64,000 nt of DNA from a virus (IMGVR_UViG_3300037249_000287:21025-85024); one strand, 5' to 3'; positions 10,301-19,640 are shown, counted from the stretch's first letter. Notes: generated by a model from the sequence alone, not told the origin. Numbers and translations are program-made.

Positions 10301-13300
10301 AAACGCGGATGTTTTAATTGCAAGCATTCACGAAACGCAACGCGCTATGCAAGAGATTCAAAAGCAAATGTCGCGTCCAGTAAACCTCGCAAACGCATTG
10401 GCTTTGCCTGAAAAAACAATCGACGACATTTCTTACAAGGTGCAAATGCTTAGAGCGTATGCACAAGGCATTAATATTGAAACAAACGCTGGAAATGAAG
10501 AGTTGCGTCGTGTAATGTCTACTATTGAAAATCTAAATGACGGACTAAAAAACGCTCAAAAGACAACAAAGCAGATTACAATAGAGTCAAATGGTATTAA
10601 GTTTGACAATATTGCAAAAATGCCAGCGGATGGGCTAAAACAGGTTGGTGAAAAAATTAAAGAGGTTAAGCAATACATTAACGAACTTAAAAACCAACCA
10701 ATTGTTGATGAAAAGAACCTTAAACGTACGGAGGCTTTGTATGATAGGCTTATTAAGCAGTCTCAAAAACTCAACGACACGAAAGGTACTCATTCAAACG
10801 TCAACGACGCGCTGAATGTTCGTGTAAAAACGCTTGATGAGATTACAAAGAAAATGCAACGACTGCAAGCCATTCGCCAGAACCTTGACATAAACAAACA
10901 AAAGGCAGATATAGACAGAATTAATGCGGCTTTAGGTGAACTAAAAAAACAACAAGACGAAGTTTTGCAACGCAATGCAAATATGATTAAGAGTAACAAT
11001 ACTCTTGGCCGTTCTTGGAACTATATGAAAAATCGTCTTGCATTCTATTTTACAGTTGGTGCAAGTACGCAGTTCATCAAGAATCTTATTGAAGTCCGTT
11101 CGCAATATGAGATGAACGAAAAAGCGCTTGGCATTTTGCTTGACAGCGCATCGCGTGGCACTCGTATTTTTAATGAGTTATCACAGATGTCGTTGGTTTC
11201 TCCGTATACGCTTATTGAACTTTCAAGTGCTGCAAAACAGTTGACTGCTTATGATATTGCCGCAAAGGACGTTGTTGACACGACAAGGCGTTTGGCTGAC
11301 ATGGCAAGTGCGGTTGGTGTTCCTGTAGAACGTTTGACTTATGCACTTGGTCAGATTAAGGCATACGGTTATCTAAACTCACGCGATGCACGTATGTTTG
11401 CCAATGCTGGTATTCCGCTTGTTAAGCAACTTGCAGACTATTATTCGGAACTGGAAGGAAAGATGGTTAGCACCGCCGATGTATATGACCGAATGAAAAA
11501 GAAGGCCATCGACTACAACGATGTTATGAAAGTTGTAACAAAGATGACAGACGAAGGAGGAAAATTCTTTGATTTCCAAGCAAAGATGGCTGATACACTC
11601 AAGGTTCGTCTTGCAAACCTTACGTTGGCGTGGAACAACATGCTTAACGAATTAGGAAAAAGCAACCAAGGAACTCTTACAACTGGAATAAAATCGCTGA
11701 CTGTTATATTTAGACATTGGCGCGAAATATACAGGATTTTATCAACACTGATTGTTGCATTGGGTGCTTATAAGGTTGCGACAATGCTTGCTGGAATGAC
11801 AACAAAATCATCTATTGGTAGTAGTGCTGTTGCGTCTTGGCTCAGTCTTGCAAAAGGTGTAAAAAGCGCAAAGGACGCAGTTGCTTTGTTTAGTCTTACA
11901 GTAAAATCAATTCCTTTTACAGGATGGGTTACGATGATTGCCACTCTTGCGTCATATTTCTATCTGTTCAACAATTCAACGGACGGTTTAAAACAGAAAC
12001 TTGAAGACATCGCAACAGCATTTGATGGTGTAAGAAAAGAAATCACCGACCTTTATGCGGATGCCTTGAAATCCGACAGCATTGGCTCGCAATTAACAAA
12101 GTTGCGTGACATGCTTGAACTTGCACAAACGGAATTAGGTGTAACTATTCCTATTAAACTTGAGGAGGTGAACGAAGGTAATGTCAAACAAAAACTTAAA
12201 GAGGTTAAAGATATAATAGACAATTATCTTAATTTCTCGCAAGAATTTTCCGAAGCGGCGGCTGGAACAAAATTCAACGAGTTAATGAATGAGTTTGGCG
12301 CAAACGCAAGGTCTACATACACTGGCATATCGGAGTCGATAAACACTGTGGTTGTCGCTCTTCAAGACCTTGTTGATAAAGGTAATGCAAGCAAGCGGGA
12401 CATCGAAATACTTAACGAACTAACTTCTGGTCAAAAAGAAGATGAATCTCGCATAGAATACTTACAGCGTCTTGTACGTCTTTACGAAGAACTTGGGTTA
12501 GTTGGTAAAAAAGTTACAACACCATCGCTTTCGTTCTTTAGTTCTTCCACAGACAACATGAACGAACTCACAGAGAAACAAAGTGAACAACTTGACAGAC
12601 TTGGCATAAAAAACAAGCAGGTCTTTGAAAATATGCTCAAGGATGTTCAAGGCTACTACAGTTCGTCATCAATTGCACAATATCAATTTGAACAACAGGT
12701 AGAGCGTGTTGCAAAAAGAATTGACATAAACAATATACCAGTAGAGCAGCGAACATTGAAACTTAGTGCTGCCATAAACGAAGAAGCGTCGTTAAACAAT
12801 TGGAATCAATTTGAAAAAGAATTTGCAAGACAAGTTGCTAACGAAAAGTTTGGTACTACGATTGAGATTTCCGACGAATCAAAGGGTGTTGCAGAACAAG
12901 ACCTAAAGGATTGGCAAAAAAAGCAACAGGAATGGGCTGCAAAAAATGGCATAACGATACCAATCAATTTTCAAACAAACGACACAGAAATTTCTTACGC
13001 TAAACGTATGCTTCAAGCGGCAAAAGACGCTAAAGAAGAGGTTGAGGTACAGCAAAGGAAACTTGCCGTTGGCACTGGTTCTCAAGATGCTGTAGATGCT
13101 GCAAAAAAGGCTTACGAAAACGCAAGGATTCTTGCTAAAAACGCAGGTGCAGACCTTGAACAACTTGATAAAAAAGCGAATGCAGCAGCAAGGAAAGCGG
13201 CAAAAGCAGCAGAAACAGAACTTTCTAAGGCATTAAAAGACGAACTTTCAACCATCGAAAAAGTTCGTTCTATCTACAAAGAACTTACAAAAGAAGGTGC

Positions 13301-16010
13301 TTCTCATGCTGATGCAATAAAATCAGCAACTGAGGGATGGGAAGAAACAGTCAATGCCATCAACAAGGTTTTGAATAAAAATGGATTAAAAGGCTTAAAC
13401 CTGAGTGATTTTGTTGGTGTTGAAAATCCAAGAGAAATATTAAACGCATTACAATCGCAGCTTGACGAAATGGTTAAGCGTGGCGCTAAACCAGCAGAAA
13501 TAAAAGTTCTTCAAGAAAAGATTAAAACAATAAAAGTTGATGCTGAAAAGTACGACCTCACCAAGATTACCAAGGGTTTAAACAATGAACTTGACCGTCT
13601 AAAAGACGAGTATGAGTTGGCTGTTTCGTTGGATGCCGACCCAGAGTTGGGTAATATGTTTGCCGACTGGATGGGTATTGATGTAAACGATTTGCCAAGA
13701 ACCGCAAGCGAGTATGCAGAGCGTGCATCAAAGATACTAAATAGTGAGCTTAAAAACTTAGGGGCAAAGACAGAACTTCCAAGCGTGCTCAATATTACGG
13801 ATGACGATATGCGTGCGTTTGAAGAAAACAAAGTCTTTACGGACAAACAGCTTGAACTTGTCAAAAAGGCAGTTGAAGCCGCAAGAGGTTTTCAGAGAAA
13901 AGAAACGGAGGAAAGAATCAAGGATTGGGACAAGTTGCTTGAAAAGTATGCTGAATACGAAACAAAGGTCAATAAGATTCAAAATGATGCCGTTAAGGAG
14001 CGTGTAACGTTTGCGCAACAGTTTGGAAATGATGAAGAAAAGAGTTTAGCGCTTAACCTGCAAACTCAGATTCTTGCTGCTACAGACCCACAAGAGAAGC
14101 AAAAGTTAATCCAACAATTGCAAGAACTTGTAAAGAGCATTGCGGGTGATGATAAAGCAAAGTTGAATATTGTCGCATCAATCAACACTGGTGAGGCAAG
14201 AAATCTGGCAAAGAATGATTTTGAAAACTTCCAGAAATCACCCGAATGGATTACCGCCACTGGTGAACTTTCTGGTATGACCAACAAAGCTATCAATGGA
14301 TTGATTGCGAGTTTGGAAAAGTACAAGAAATCGGCAAAGAATCTTGACCCAAAGCAGATTAAGAACATAAACAATGCGCTAAAGAACCTATACAAGGAGC
14401 AACGCAAGAACAATCCTTTCGGTGCTATTGCCAATATGCTCGACAAAGCAAAGGAGCGCATGGATGATGTTTTGCCAGAAATGGTGTCTATAGTATCAAA
14501 GATAGATGCAATTGTAAGCAAAATCAACACTGGTGAAGCTACCGAAGAGCAAATTAAAGAACTTGAAGAATTAAAAGAACGTTTAGTGCAACTCTCCAAG
14601 GTTGGAGAAGTTTCAGCATCTGAATGGGTTGATTCTATAATGTCCGTTTACGGTGCTATCAAAGGTGCAATTAGTCTTTTCGATGACTTGGCGAAAGCCA
14701 TTGGTGGAAGCAACGCATCTGATATAGACAAGCTGTTTAGTGTTCTTGATAAAGCAGGTCAAGGCGCACAGGTTGGTGCTGCTTTTGGAGGTTATGGCGC
14801 GGCAATAGGTGCTGTTGTTGGCGCAGCTACTGGTTTCATTGAAACGTTTGCAGAGGAATTTAGCGGGAACAAGTCGATAACTGAAAAAATTGAACGCTCA
14901 ACACGCGAAGTTAAGAATCTTGAACTTGCTTATATAGATTTACAACAAGCAGTTGATAGGGCTTATGGGACTGCTGTTATTGGCGCAAGACATGCAACTT
15001 TAGCAAATAAAGAATTACAGCTTGCGGAGTTGCAGCGTCAGATACAGCTTGAAAAGACGCGAAAATCAAAGTATCGTGATAATGAAAAGATTCTTGAATT
15101 AGAAAAACAATACAAGGAATTGTTCTATGAAATACAAAACGGCTACAGGGAACTTGTTGATGACCTTATGGGTACTGATGTTGCCAGTTTCGCCGAAAAC
15201 CTTGTATCTTCAATGATTGATGCTTTCAAGCAAGGTGAGGACTATATGCAGGTGTTCAGCGACAAGTTTGACGAAATGATTGACAATATGATTATGAAGT
15301 CGATTGTCAGCCGTGTTGTTTCTCAATATCTTGACCAAATATGGGATAGTATAGACCAAAGGATTAATGAACGTTCCAAAAAAGAAAGTGAAGAATACGC
15401 AAAGGCGCAAGAAATATCGCGTGAAGTTGAGCAAAAATCAGACGAGCAGATAAGGCAAACCATAGCACTTTTGAATGGAGATGGTGGCGCGTTAATCGGA
15501 TATTACAAGAATCCTATATCACAAGAAATGATTGATGAATACAGGAGGTCGGCGATAGAAGAAGAAAAGGCTGCAAAAGCACGCCTTGACGCAGCTTCCG
15601 CATTTACTGGCTCTGACGTTGACTACATTATGGGTAGAATAACAGAGGTTATGCCAGAGTTAGGCCAAAAGTTGAAAGATATTCTTGGTGAATATTACAA
15701 ATTTGGCGAAAGTTCGGAAACACAGTTGTCTGCGCTGCAACAGGGATTACAGGGCGTGAGCGAGGAAACGGCTGGGGCTGTCGAAGCTTATCTCAACGGT
15801 ATGTCGCAGCAGGCTTATCTTAGAAACGATTTGCTTACTCAAATTCGAGACACGATAATGTCATTCGATATGGATGTTCAACTTGGCGTATTCTCGCAAA
15901 TGTTGTTGCAATTACAAAATAACTACATCGTTATGCAATCAATGCAATCAATGATGGAGAATTGGACTGTTCCAAGTGGAAATGGTATTCGCGTAGAATT
16001 ATTATCTTAA
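7329..16010 (+). CDS. Tail tape measure protein (2893 aa)
   Basis: Long coiled coil; tape-measure domain around 11090-11700 (SPYTLIELSSAAKQL...LTYALGQIKAYGYLNSRDARMFANAGIPL); hydrophobic segments; position after the chaperone. Confidence 0.92.
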   Translation: MADTSATIIAASLNSDDLEKSINKLVETVATKTKAMADNFTSEVKRMEQAVKNLGNIKIDSGGTADGGSAKRAAGFEKLQKSVNDASASLQKHQNELVTLKNVLGSAQEQENSFLQAKQNAANTISKENELLQRQEQELANLKSQQSSFVGTNQQTTASIDKQRESVANLKNEVKYWQSVVSQMQSGDKKLRFNSLWLGDTTSKQGHDILDVANKLYSIMQKLGMETEKGSASTSQAVRAAEELAKYYKISREEAEKLILSVQESPLARGKYTTHYDTRFGLDNLTMQQKTIDDFALRKELAQGKLTFETDNLTLANKRLEESEKAVASASSQRSQLDSQIAAKEKEIAETKVRITAATKEQSDAEKNASQASQVRANVESKIVAQEKIISDTRQQLTSATKALADAEKQTADGGSSRRTSKQKEEEMQAKATTQAYKEQKTVVGELAMSFDNLNTAITKSNSKLAAKFDVTEQQKVQQLEAQRTAIEDKIVARQIEIDESYRSQLATLSKTRSELESKANLTSKEQADLKHVATEWERINKIVHDISNRPIVATDDTTGNLGRLQQQLIETNKQLDESRKRIQEMNFERAKMYDGSLSGLVQNAQATMKYQNDTLKKSFEDLLKKPTHDVDEMRAKMERLQTFLNNIKPLNIFSPELIANGERAINKLKNEIQKFNDKPTKQAFADALKLPDRTQSEIITKINRIRDAIKGVEGTKIVSETEIARAKSLIDSLRDKWDKLYNAPKDRKLRIEFADALKMPTNNIDEIAAKLMRLQWILQEMRGMQILSPDKIATGNQQISVLLSKLEAEMSLRQQINAVEQADMQNTQKRIELEAKYGEEVARAAKIANDWLQKNKEATILNKEGTFVIRDPKEGQIVGQSIEAQLLAYKAINGELNLELEVQKAIANTVNSIAQAEQRRQIQAQAQPAANKSFADYEDLRTAIAAVLRIRENEVSLANSEDASYRALSLTLKQLKQAYESLGASQRKSENADVLIASIHETQRAMQEIQKQMSRPVNLANALALPEKTIDDISYKVQMLRAYAQGINIETNAGNEELRRVMSTIENLNDGLKNAQKTTKQITIESNGIKFDNIAKMPADGLKQVGEKIKEVKQYINELKNQPIVDEKNLKRTEALYDRLIKQSQKLNDTKGTHSNVNDALNVRVKTLDEITKKMQRLQAIRQNLDINKQKADIDRINAALGELKKQQDEVLQRNANMIKSNNTLGRSWNYMKNRLAFYFTVGASTQFIKNLIEVRSQYEMNEKALGILLDSASRGTRIFNELSQMSLVSPYTLIELSSAAKQLTAYDIAAKDVVDTTRRLADMASAVGVPVERLTYALGQIKAYGYLNSRDARMFANAGIPLVKQLADYYSELEGKMVSTADVYDRMKKKAIDYNDVMKVVTKMTDEGGKFFDFQAKMADTLKVRLANLTLAWNNMLNELGKSNQGTLTTGIKSLTVIFRHWREIYRILSTLIVALGAYKVATMLAGMTTKSSIGSSAVASWLSLAKGVKSAKDAVALFSLTVKSIPFTGWVTMIATLASYFYLFNNSTDGLKQKLEDIATAFDGVRKEITDLYADALKSDSIGSQLTKLRDMLELAQTELGVTIPIKLEEVNEGNVKQKLKEVKDIIDNYLNFSQEFSEAAAGTKFNELMNEFGANARSTYTGISESINTVVVALQDLVDKGNASKRDIEILNELTSGQKEDESRIEYLQRLVRLYEELGLVGKKVTTPSLSFFSSSTDNMNELTEKQSEQLDRLGIKNKQVFENMLKDVQGYYSSSSIAQYQFEQQVERVAKRIDINNIPVEQRTLKLSAAINEEASLNNWNQFEKEFARQVANEKFGTTIEISDESKGVAEQDLKDWQKKQQEWAAKNGITIPINFQTNDTEISYAKRMLQAAKDAKEEVEVQQRKLAVGTGSQDAVDAAKKAYENARILAKNAGADLEQLDKKANAAARKAAKAAETELSKALKDELSTIEKVRSIYKELTKEGASHADAIKSATEGWEETVNAINKVLNKNGLKGLNLSDFVGVENPREILNALQSQLDEMVKRGAKPAEIKVLQEKIKTIKVDAEKYDLTKITKGLNNELDRLKDEYELAVSLDADPELGNMFADWMGIDVNDLPRTASEYAERASKILNSELKNLGAKTELPSVLNITDDDMRAFEENKVFTDKQLELVKKAVEAARGFQRKETEERIKDWDKLLEKYAEYETKVNKIQNDAVKERVTFAQQFGNDEEKSLALNLQTQILAATDPQEKQKLIQQLQELVKSIAGDDKAKLNIVASINTGEARNLAKNDFENFQKSPEWITATGELSGMTNKAINGLIASLEKYKKSAKNLDPKQIKNINNALKNLYKEQRKNNPFGAIANMLDKAKERMDDVLPEMVSIVSKIDAIVSKINTGEATEEQIKELEELKERLVQLSKVGEVSASEWVDSIMSVYGAIKGAISLFDDLAKAIGGSNASDIDKLFSVLDKAGQGAQVGAAFGGYGAAIGAVVGAATGFIETFAEEFSGNKSITEKIERSTREVKNLELAYIDLQQAVDRAYGTAVIGARHATLANKELQLAELQRQIQLEKTRKSKYRDNEKILELEKQYKELFYEIQNGYRELVDDLMGTDVASFAENLVSSMIDAFKQGEDYMQVFSDKFDEMIDNMIMKSIVSRVVSQYLDQIWDSIDQRINERSKKESEEYAKAQEISREVEQKSDEQIRQTIALLNGDGGALIGYYKNPISQEMIDEYRRSAIEEEKAAKARLDAASAFTGSDVDYIMGRITEVMPELGQKLKDILGEYYKFGESSETQLSALQQGLQGVSEETAGAVEAYLNGMSQQAYLRNDLLTQIRDTIMSFDMDVQLGVFSQMLLQLQNNYIVMQSMQSMMENWTVPSGNGIRVELLS

Positions 16011-16060
16011 ATAACTTAAAAGGATTTGGATATGTTTAGGATATTGTGTATCTTTGCATT

Positions 16061-16133
16061 GTGGATAGGGTGGTTTGGCCACCATCCGATAAAGGGCAAG
16101 TCTGTCGCCCTTTCCACAATTTCAATGACAGAC
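16061..16133 (+). ncRNA. Candidate structured leader, class A (three-way junction plus pseudoknot), copy 1
   Basis: Starts 5 nt after promoter TATCTTTG (16049-16056). P1 GTGGA/TCCAC, P2 GGTGG/CCACC, P3 AGGGC/GCCCT; loop GTCTGTC pairs with GACAGAC 16127-16133. Covaries with the copy at 60655. Confidence 0.65.
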
Positions 16134-16154
16134 ATTATTAAAAGAACAGGCAAT

Positions 16155-16982
16155 ATGACAAAGATGAAACCTTTAGCACAAGTGCTAAAAGAATTTAGAG
16201 ACGTTCATGGTGATAGGTATATCTACACGAACGTCAATGACACAAATTACAGTGGAGGAAAAAGTGTTATTCCTGTTATTTGTAGCAAGCATGGCTTATT
16301 TCCGATACGTGTTGAAAATCATTTACACGGGCAAGGATGCCCTGAATGTGCTAAGATAAAACGCAGAATAAGCAACACTGGCAATGCGCGCAAAAGAACC
16401 AAACTTGTGTACGGTGTTGGCGTAAACGATTATAAAGGAAACACAAAATACAACCATGTACATATACCATCTTATCACACATGGGGGCAAATGCTAAAAA
16501 GGTGTTATTCAAAAGAATTTTTAGATAAACAACCAACTTATCGTGGATGTTTTGTTTGCGAGGAATGGTGGTCGTTCTCAAACTTTAAGAAGTGGTTTGA
16601 CGAGAACTATATCGAAGGGTACAGTTTGGATAAGGATATTTTATTTAAGGGGAATAAAATTTATTCTCCAGAAACTTGCTGTTTCGTACCTAACGAGATA
16701 AACGTTCTATTGTGTAAGAGTGATGCAAAAAGAGGGAAAATGCCAATTGGTGTGTACGAAAGAAAACTTGTAAATGGTAGCAGTTATATGGCATATCTTA
16801 ACAAGAATGGATGTCGTATAAATCTTGGTACATTTTACTCAGTAGAAGAGGCTTTCAAAGTCTACAAGCAAGCAAAGGAAGCCCACATTAAGGATATGGC
16901 AACCCAATACTACAAAGACGGCAAAATCACAAAGAAAGTGTATGATGCCTTAATGAAGTACGAGGTTGAAATTACAGACTAA
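16155..16982 (+). CDS. Free-standing HNH-like endonuclease with N-terminal Zn-finger and C-terminal AP2-like DNA-binding domain
   Basis: CSKHG...GCPEC; LDKDILFKGNKIYSPETCCFVP; INLGTFYSVEEAF. Start moved to ATG 16155 because the track's 43-aa extension overlaps the promoter and leader. Paralog at 60748. Confidence 0.7.
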   Translation: MTKMKPLAQVLKEFRDVHGDRYIYTNVNDTNYSGGKSVIPVICSKHGLFPIRVENHLHGQGCPECAKIKRRISNTGNARKRTKLVYGVGVNDYKGNTKYNHVHIPSYHTWGQMLKRCYSKEFLDKQPTYRGCFVCEEWWSFSNFKKWFDENYIEGYSLDKDILFKGNKIYSPETCCFVPNEINVLLCKSDAKRGKMPIGVYERKLVNGSSYMAYLNKNGCRINLGTFYSVEEAFKVYKQAKEAHIKDMATQYYKDGKITKKVYDALMKYEVEITD

Positions 16983-17009
16983 TTATTTGGAAGTAAGAAA
17001 AATAATAAC

Positions 17010-17017
17010 TATCTTTG
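17010..17017 (+). promoter_or_regulatory. -7 promoter (TATCTTTG); predicted +1 falls on or next to the ATG of the following gene
   Basis: TATCTTTG-CAAC-ATG. Confidence 0.6.
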
Positions 17018-17021
17018 CAAC

Positions 17022-17621
17022 ATGGATAGACAGATGTTAGAATTTCAGCGCAATGCTCTGTTGGGAAAAATCTCAGCAGAGCCATTGTGCGCACAATACA
17101 AGGCTGCTTGGCGTTCGTGTGGTGATGACAAGGATATGCTTGTTGGTCTTGCAATGCAACAGCAAAGCATACCTTATTTCAGCTATGCTTGTTATGAGCA
17201 TCTTGGCCTTACTAAAGATTATATAAAAAAGAATTTTGGCGATTATATCAACGGAAATAAAACCCTTTGTGATGTAGATGGTGTTAAGGGTTACACATAT
17301 CAGCTATACGTTGATTTTAGCGACGATTTTAAGGCAGTAGCAGACGTTACGAGCTTTATGTGGTGTGATAACCCGACAGTTGAGATTGAAGCCTGCAAAT
17401 GTCCTGTATTTTACGTTTCAAACAATAGTGACGTGCATTTCGTGCTTGATGGTTACAATTCGATAAGGATATACTTGTTTGACGAAAGTAATGTTTTTAT
17501 AGATGATTCTGATGATACGTGCGACATTATAGTTTACAAATACGGCAATAAGGCTAAAGTTGAGATTGGCAAGTACTGCCTTGGTAAAGTTAAGATATTC
17601 AATAAAGCGTTAAGGTTATGA
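17022..17621 (+). CDS. Tail-module protein of unknown function
   Basis: 199 aa with a beta-repeat-like C-terminal half; between tape measure and Dit-like genes. Confidence 0.5.
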   Translation: MDRQMLEFQRNALLGKISAEPLCAQYKAAWRSCGDDKDMLVGLAMQQQSIPYFSYACYEHLGLTKDYIKKNFGDYINGNKTLCDVDGVKGYTYQLYVDFSDDFKAVADVTSFMWCDNPTVEIEACKCPVFYVSNNSDVHFVLDGYNSIRIYLFDESNVFIDDSDDTCDIIVYKYGNKAKVEIGKYCLGKVKIFNKALRL

Positions 17622-18100
17622 ACAATTCAGCAAACAAATATTTCATAAGAAACACTGATGGAGGTGCGTTTCAGGATATAACAACACTTTTTGACGGTGT
17701 CGCTATATTAAAGGTTGACGGTATGCTTGCAAAAGGCAAACCAGTTAATATATACACCGCTCAGTGGATAGATTCACAAGAAGAGGATTTTCTTATAACT
17801 GCTACAGATGAACATGAAAACCCTATTGTGATACGTGAAAATGTCGATATAGAAATAACGTTTATCATTCGGCAAAAGTATGCAAGTGCAACTATAAACG
17901 TTCTGTCCGTTCATGATAGCTTTATAAACTACATGACGGGAAGTGATGTTTGGATAAAATCATCTTATGTCGGAAACAAATATGTGCATTGTGTGTGTTT
18001 GTCTGAATACAGCCCAACCACTGTATCTTTGCAGCGTGGCGACAATTCATACATTATGGGTACGATAAAGCTTCACACGCTTGACACACAACATGTATAG
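17618..18100 (+). CDS. Distal tail (Dit)-like protein
   Basis: 160 aa beta-rich, last gene of the tail operon; size and position. Confidence 0.45.
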   Translation: MNNSANKYFIRNTDGGAFQDITTLFDGVAILKVDGMLAKGKPVNIYTAQWIDSQEEDFLITATDEHENPIVIRENVDIEITFIIRQKYASATINVLSVHDSFINYMTGSDVWIKSSYVGNKYVHCVCLSEYSPTTVSLQRGDNSYIMGTIKLHTLDTQHV

Positions 18101-18138
18101 GAAATTAACTGGACTCATCTTTTTTCATACTGATAAAA

Positions 18139-18173
18139 AAAGCCACAGAATCCGTGACGGACTAAGTGGCTTT
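18139..18173. terminator. Bidirectional terminator between converging operons
   Basis: AAAGCCAC...GTGGCTTT stem, with an A run upstream and a T run downstream, at the strand switch. Confidence 0.65.
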
Positions 18174-18197
18174 ATAATGAATAAAGAAAAGCGATAG

Positions 18198-18575
18198 TTA
18201 AAAGAAATATTTCCACCAAGGTTTGCTTCTTTCGCATTCAAGGGCAAGTTGGATATTTTCTTTTTCAGTCTGTAGTCCCGCAATGGTATCGTTAAGATTT
18301 ACTATTTTCTGGCTCAGTTCCCTAACTTGTGACTGCAAGCCAGAAATTGTTTTGTTCTTTTCGTCAATTTCTGCGAGTGCCTTTTCGTACAAAGAATCTC
18401 CTTCAAGGTTTAGCTGTTTGAGATGTTCGATACGTTCATTCAATTGTTTGTTGCGCCCTTTTAGCCCAGATGATACTTTTTTGTAATGTTCAAGGTCGGC
18501 GCACAATGCGGAGTTATCCGCATCCATTAATGCGATACGTTGTTCCAAATCTTTGATTTTTTCCTCTTGTGTCAT
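18198..18575 (-). CDS. Coiled-coil hypothetical protein
   Basis: 125 aa heptad pattern ending KPWWKYFF. Confidence 0.6.
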   Translation of the reverse strand: MTQEEKIKDLEQRIALMDADNSALCADLEHYKKVSSGLKGRNKQLNERIEHLKQLNLEGDSLYEKALAEIDEKNKTISGLQSQVRELSQKIVNLNDTIAGLQTEKENIQLALECERSKPWWKYFF

Positions 18576-18625
18576 AATTACATGTAATTTTAAAAGTTAG
18601 ACATATTATTTGTTGTAACGTTACA

Positions 18626-19027
18626 TTAAAAGTCTGGTTGGTTGTACGCCTCTAAGTCTGGATGCTCGTCTGTGCTACCCATCGACTCTTTTATCATCTT
18701 TTGTTCTTGCTTGACGTTGTATCTTGGGTATGAAAACATGTTACATGTCTGTCCTATTACCGAATAGCCCTCTATTATTTGGCCATGTTCTATCACATAG
18801 GGAACTATGTCGCCTTTTACTTCAACAAGCATTCCTTTGCCAAAGTGTGTTGTGAGGTATTTGATAAAATACCCCTTGAATATCACTTTCCAAGAATGGT
18901 ACTTGTCTTCGACAATAGTTCCATCCGATTTCTTATATCCTTTTTTGTATTCAGACAAAAACAATATGCAAGAATCTGGTAGTACTTTTATTGCGTCAAC
19001 AAAACCTATTACACTAAATGCGGCCAT
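18626..19027 (-). CDS. SSB-like OB-fold protein
   Basis: EYKKGYKKSDGTIVEDKYHSWKVIF...GKGMLVEVKGDI; acidic tail ending PDF. Confidence 0.6.
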   Translation of the reverse strand: MAAFSVIGFVDAIKVLPDSCILFLSEYKKGYKKSDGTIVEDKYHSWKVIFKGYFIKYLTTHFGKGMLVEVKGDIVPYVIEHGQIIEGYSVIGQTCNMFSYPRYNVKQEQKMIKESMGSTDEHPDLEAYNQPDF

Positions 19028-19032
19028 AATGT

Positions 19033-19233
19033 TTATAGTTTTTGTTCGTAATACCCACATGCGTTGTCGTGGGCTTTAATTGTTTTATATCCGCTTTTAC
19101 TTCTTGCGGATGGCTGTTTGATGCAATACACTTGACGTGAAGTTGAATTTTTGTTAGGAAATTCACTTCGGTGATACACACAATGTAAGCAAAACTTGTT
19201 TGGCGTTATTTTTTTTATTAGCACTTCTTCCAT
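19033..19233 (-). CDS. Small Cys-rich hypothetical protein
   Basis: CLHC...YC...AC pattern, 66 aa. Confidence 0.45.
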   Translation of the reverse strand: MEEVLIKKITPNKFCLHCVYHRSEFPNKNSTSRQVYCIKQPSARSKSGYKTIKAHDNACGYYEQKL

Positions 19234-19337
19234 GTTTGCAGGTTTTCATTTAAGGCACTTTTTGGCCGTTTTAAGCGCATTTCTATGCAATGGCGGTATA
19301 GTTAGCCACTGATGCAAAAGAATGTGCTTGTAGGGCT

Positions 19338-19640
19338 TTATTTTTGTTTATCCAATTCCATAATAGTCAAAACGCAGTAGTTGGCGATGTCCATAATGTT
19401 GTCCCGTAGGCTTTCGTCCTTGATGATGTTCATTTCTCTACCTTTAACCATATTCTTCACACGCTTTAGCTTGTCGTTGATGCGTGCAACTGCTGGTATG
19501 TAGCCAAACTCTTGAATTGTTTCGCTGAAACTATTGCCATAGTCGGCATTTTTTTTCTTGTACGTATCAAACATTTCGGAAAGGATTTTTCCAAACCTAC
19601 TATTATCTGACTCCATGTTTTCTTCGTATTCTAATGTCAT
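19338..19640 (-). CDS. DUF1599-like (nucleotide-modification-associated) protein
   Basis: KKNADYGNSF...RINDKLKR...ESLRDNIMDIANY. Confidence 0.7.
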   Translation of the reverse strand: MTLEYEENMESDNSRFGKILSEMFDTYKKKNADYGNSFSETIQEFGYIPAVARINDKLKRVKNMVKGREMNIIKDESLRDNIMDIANYCVLTIMELDKQK

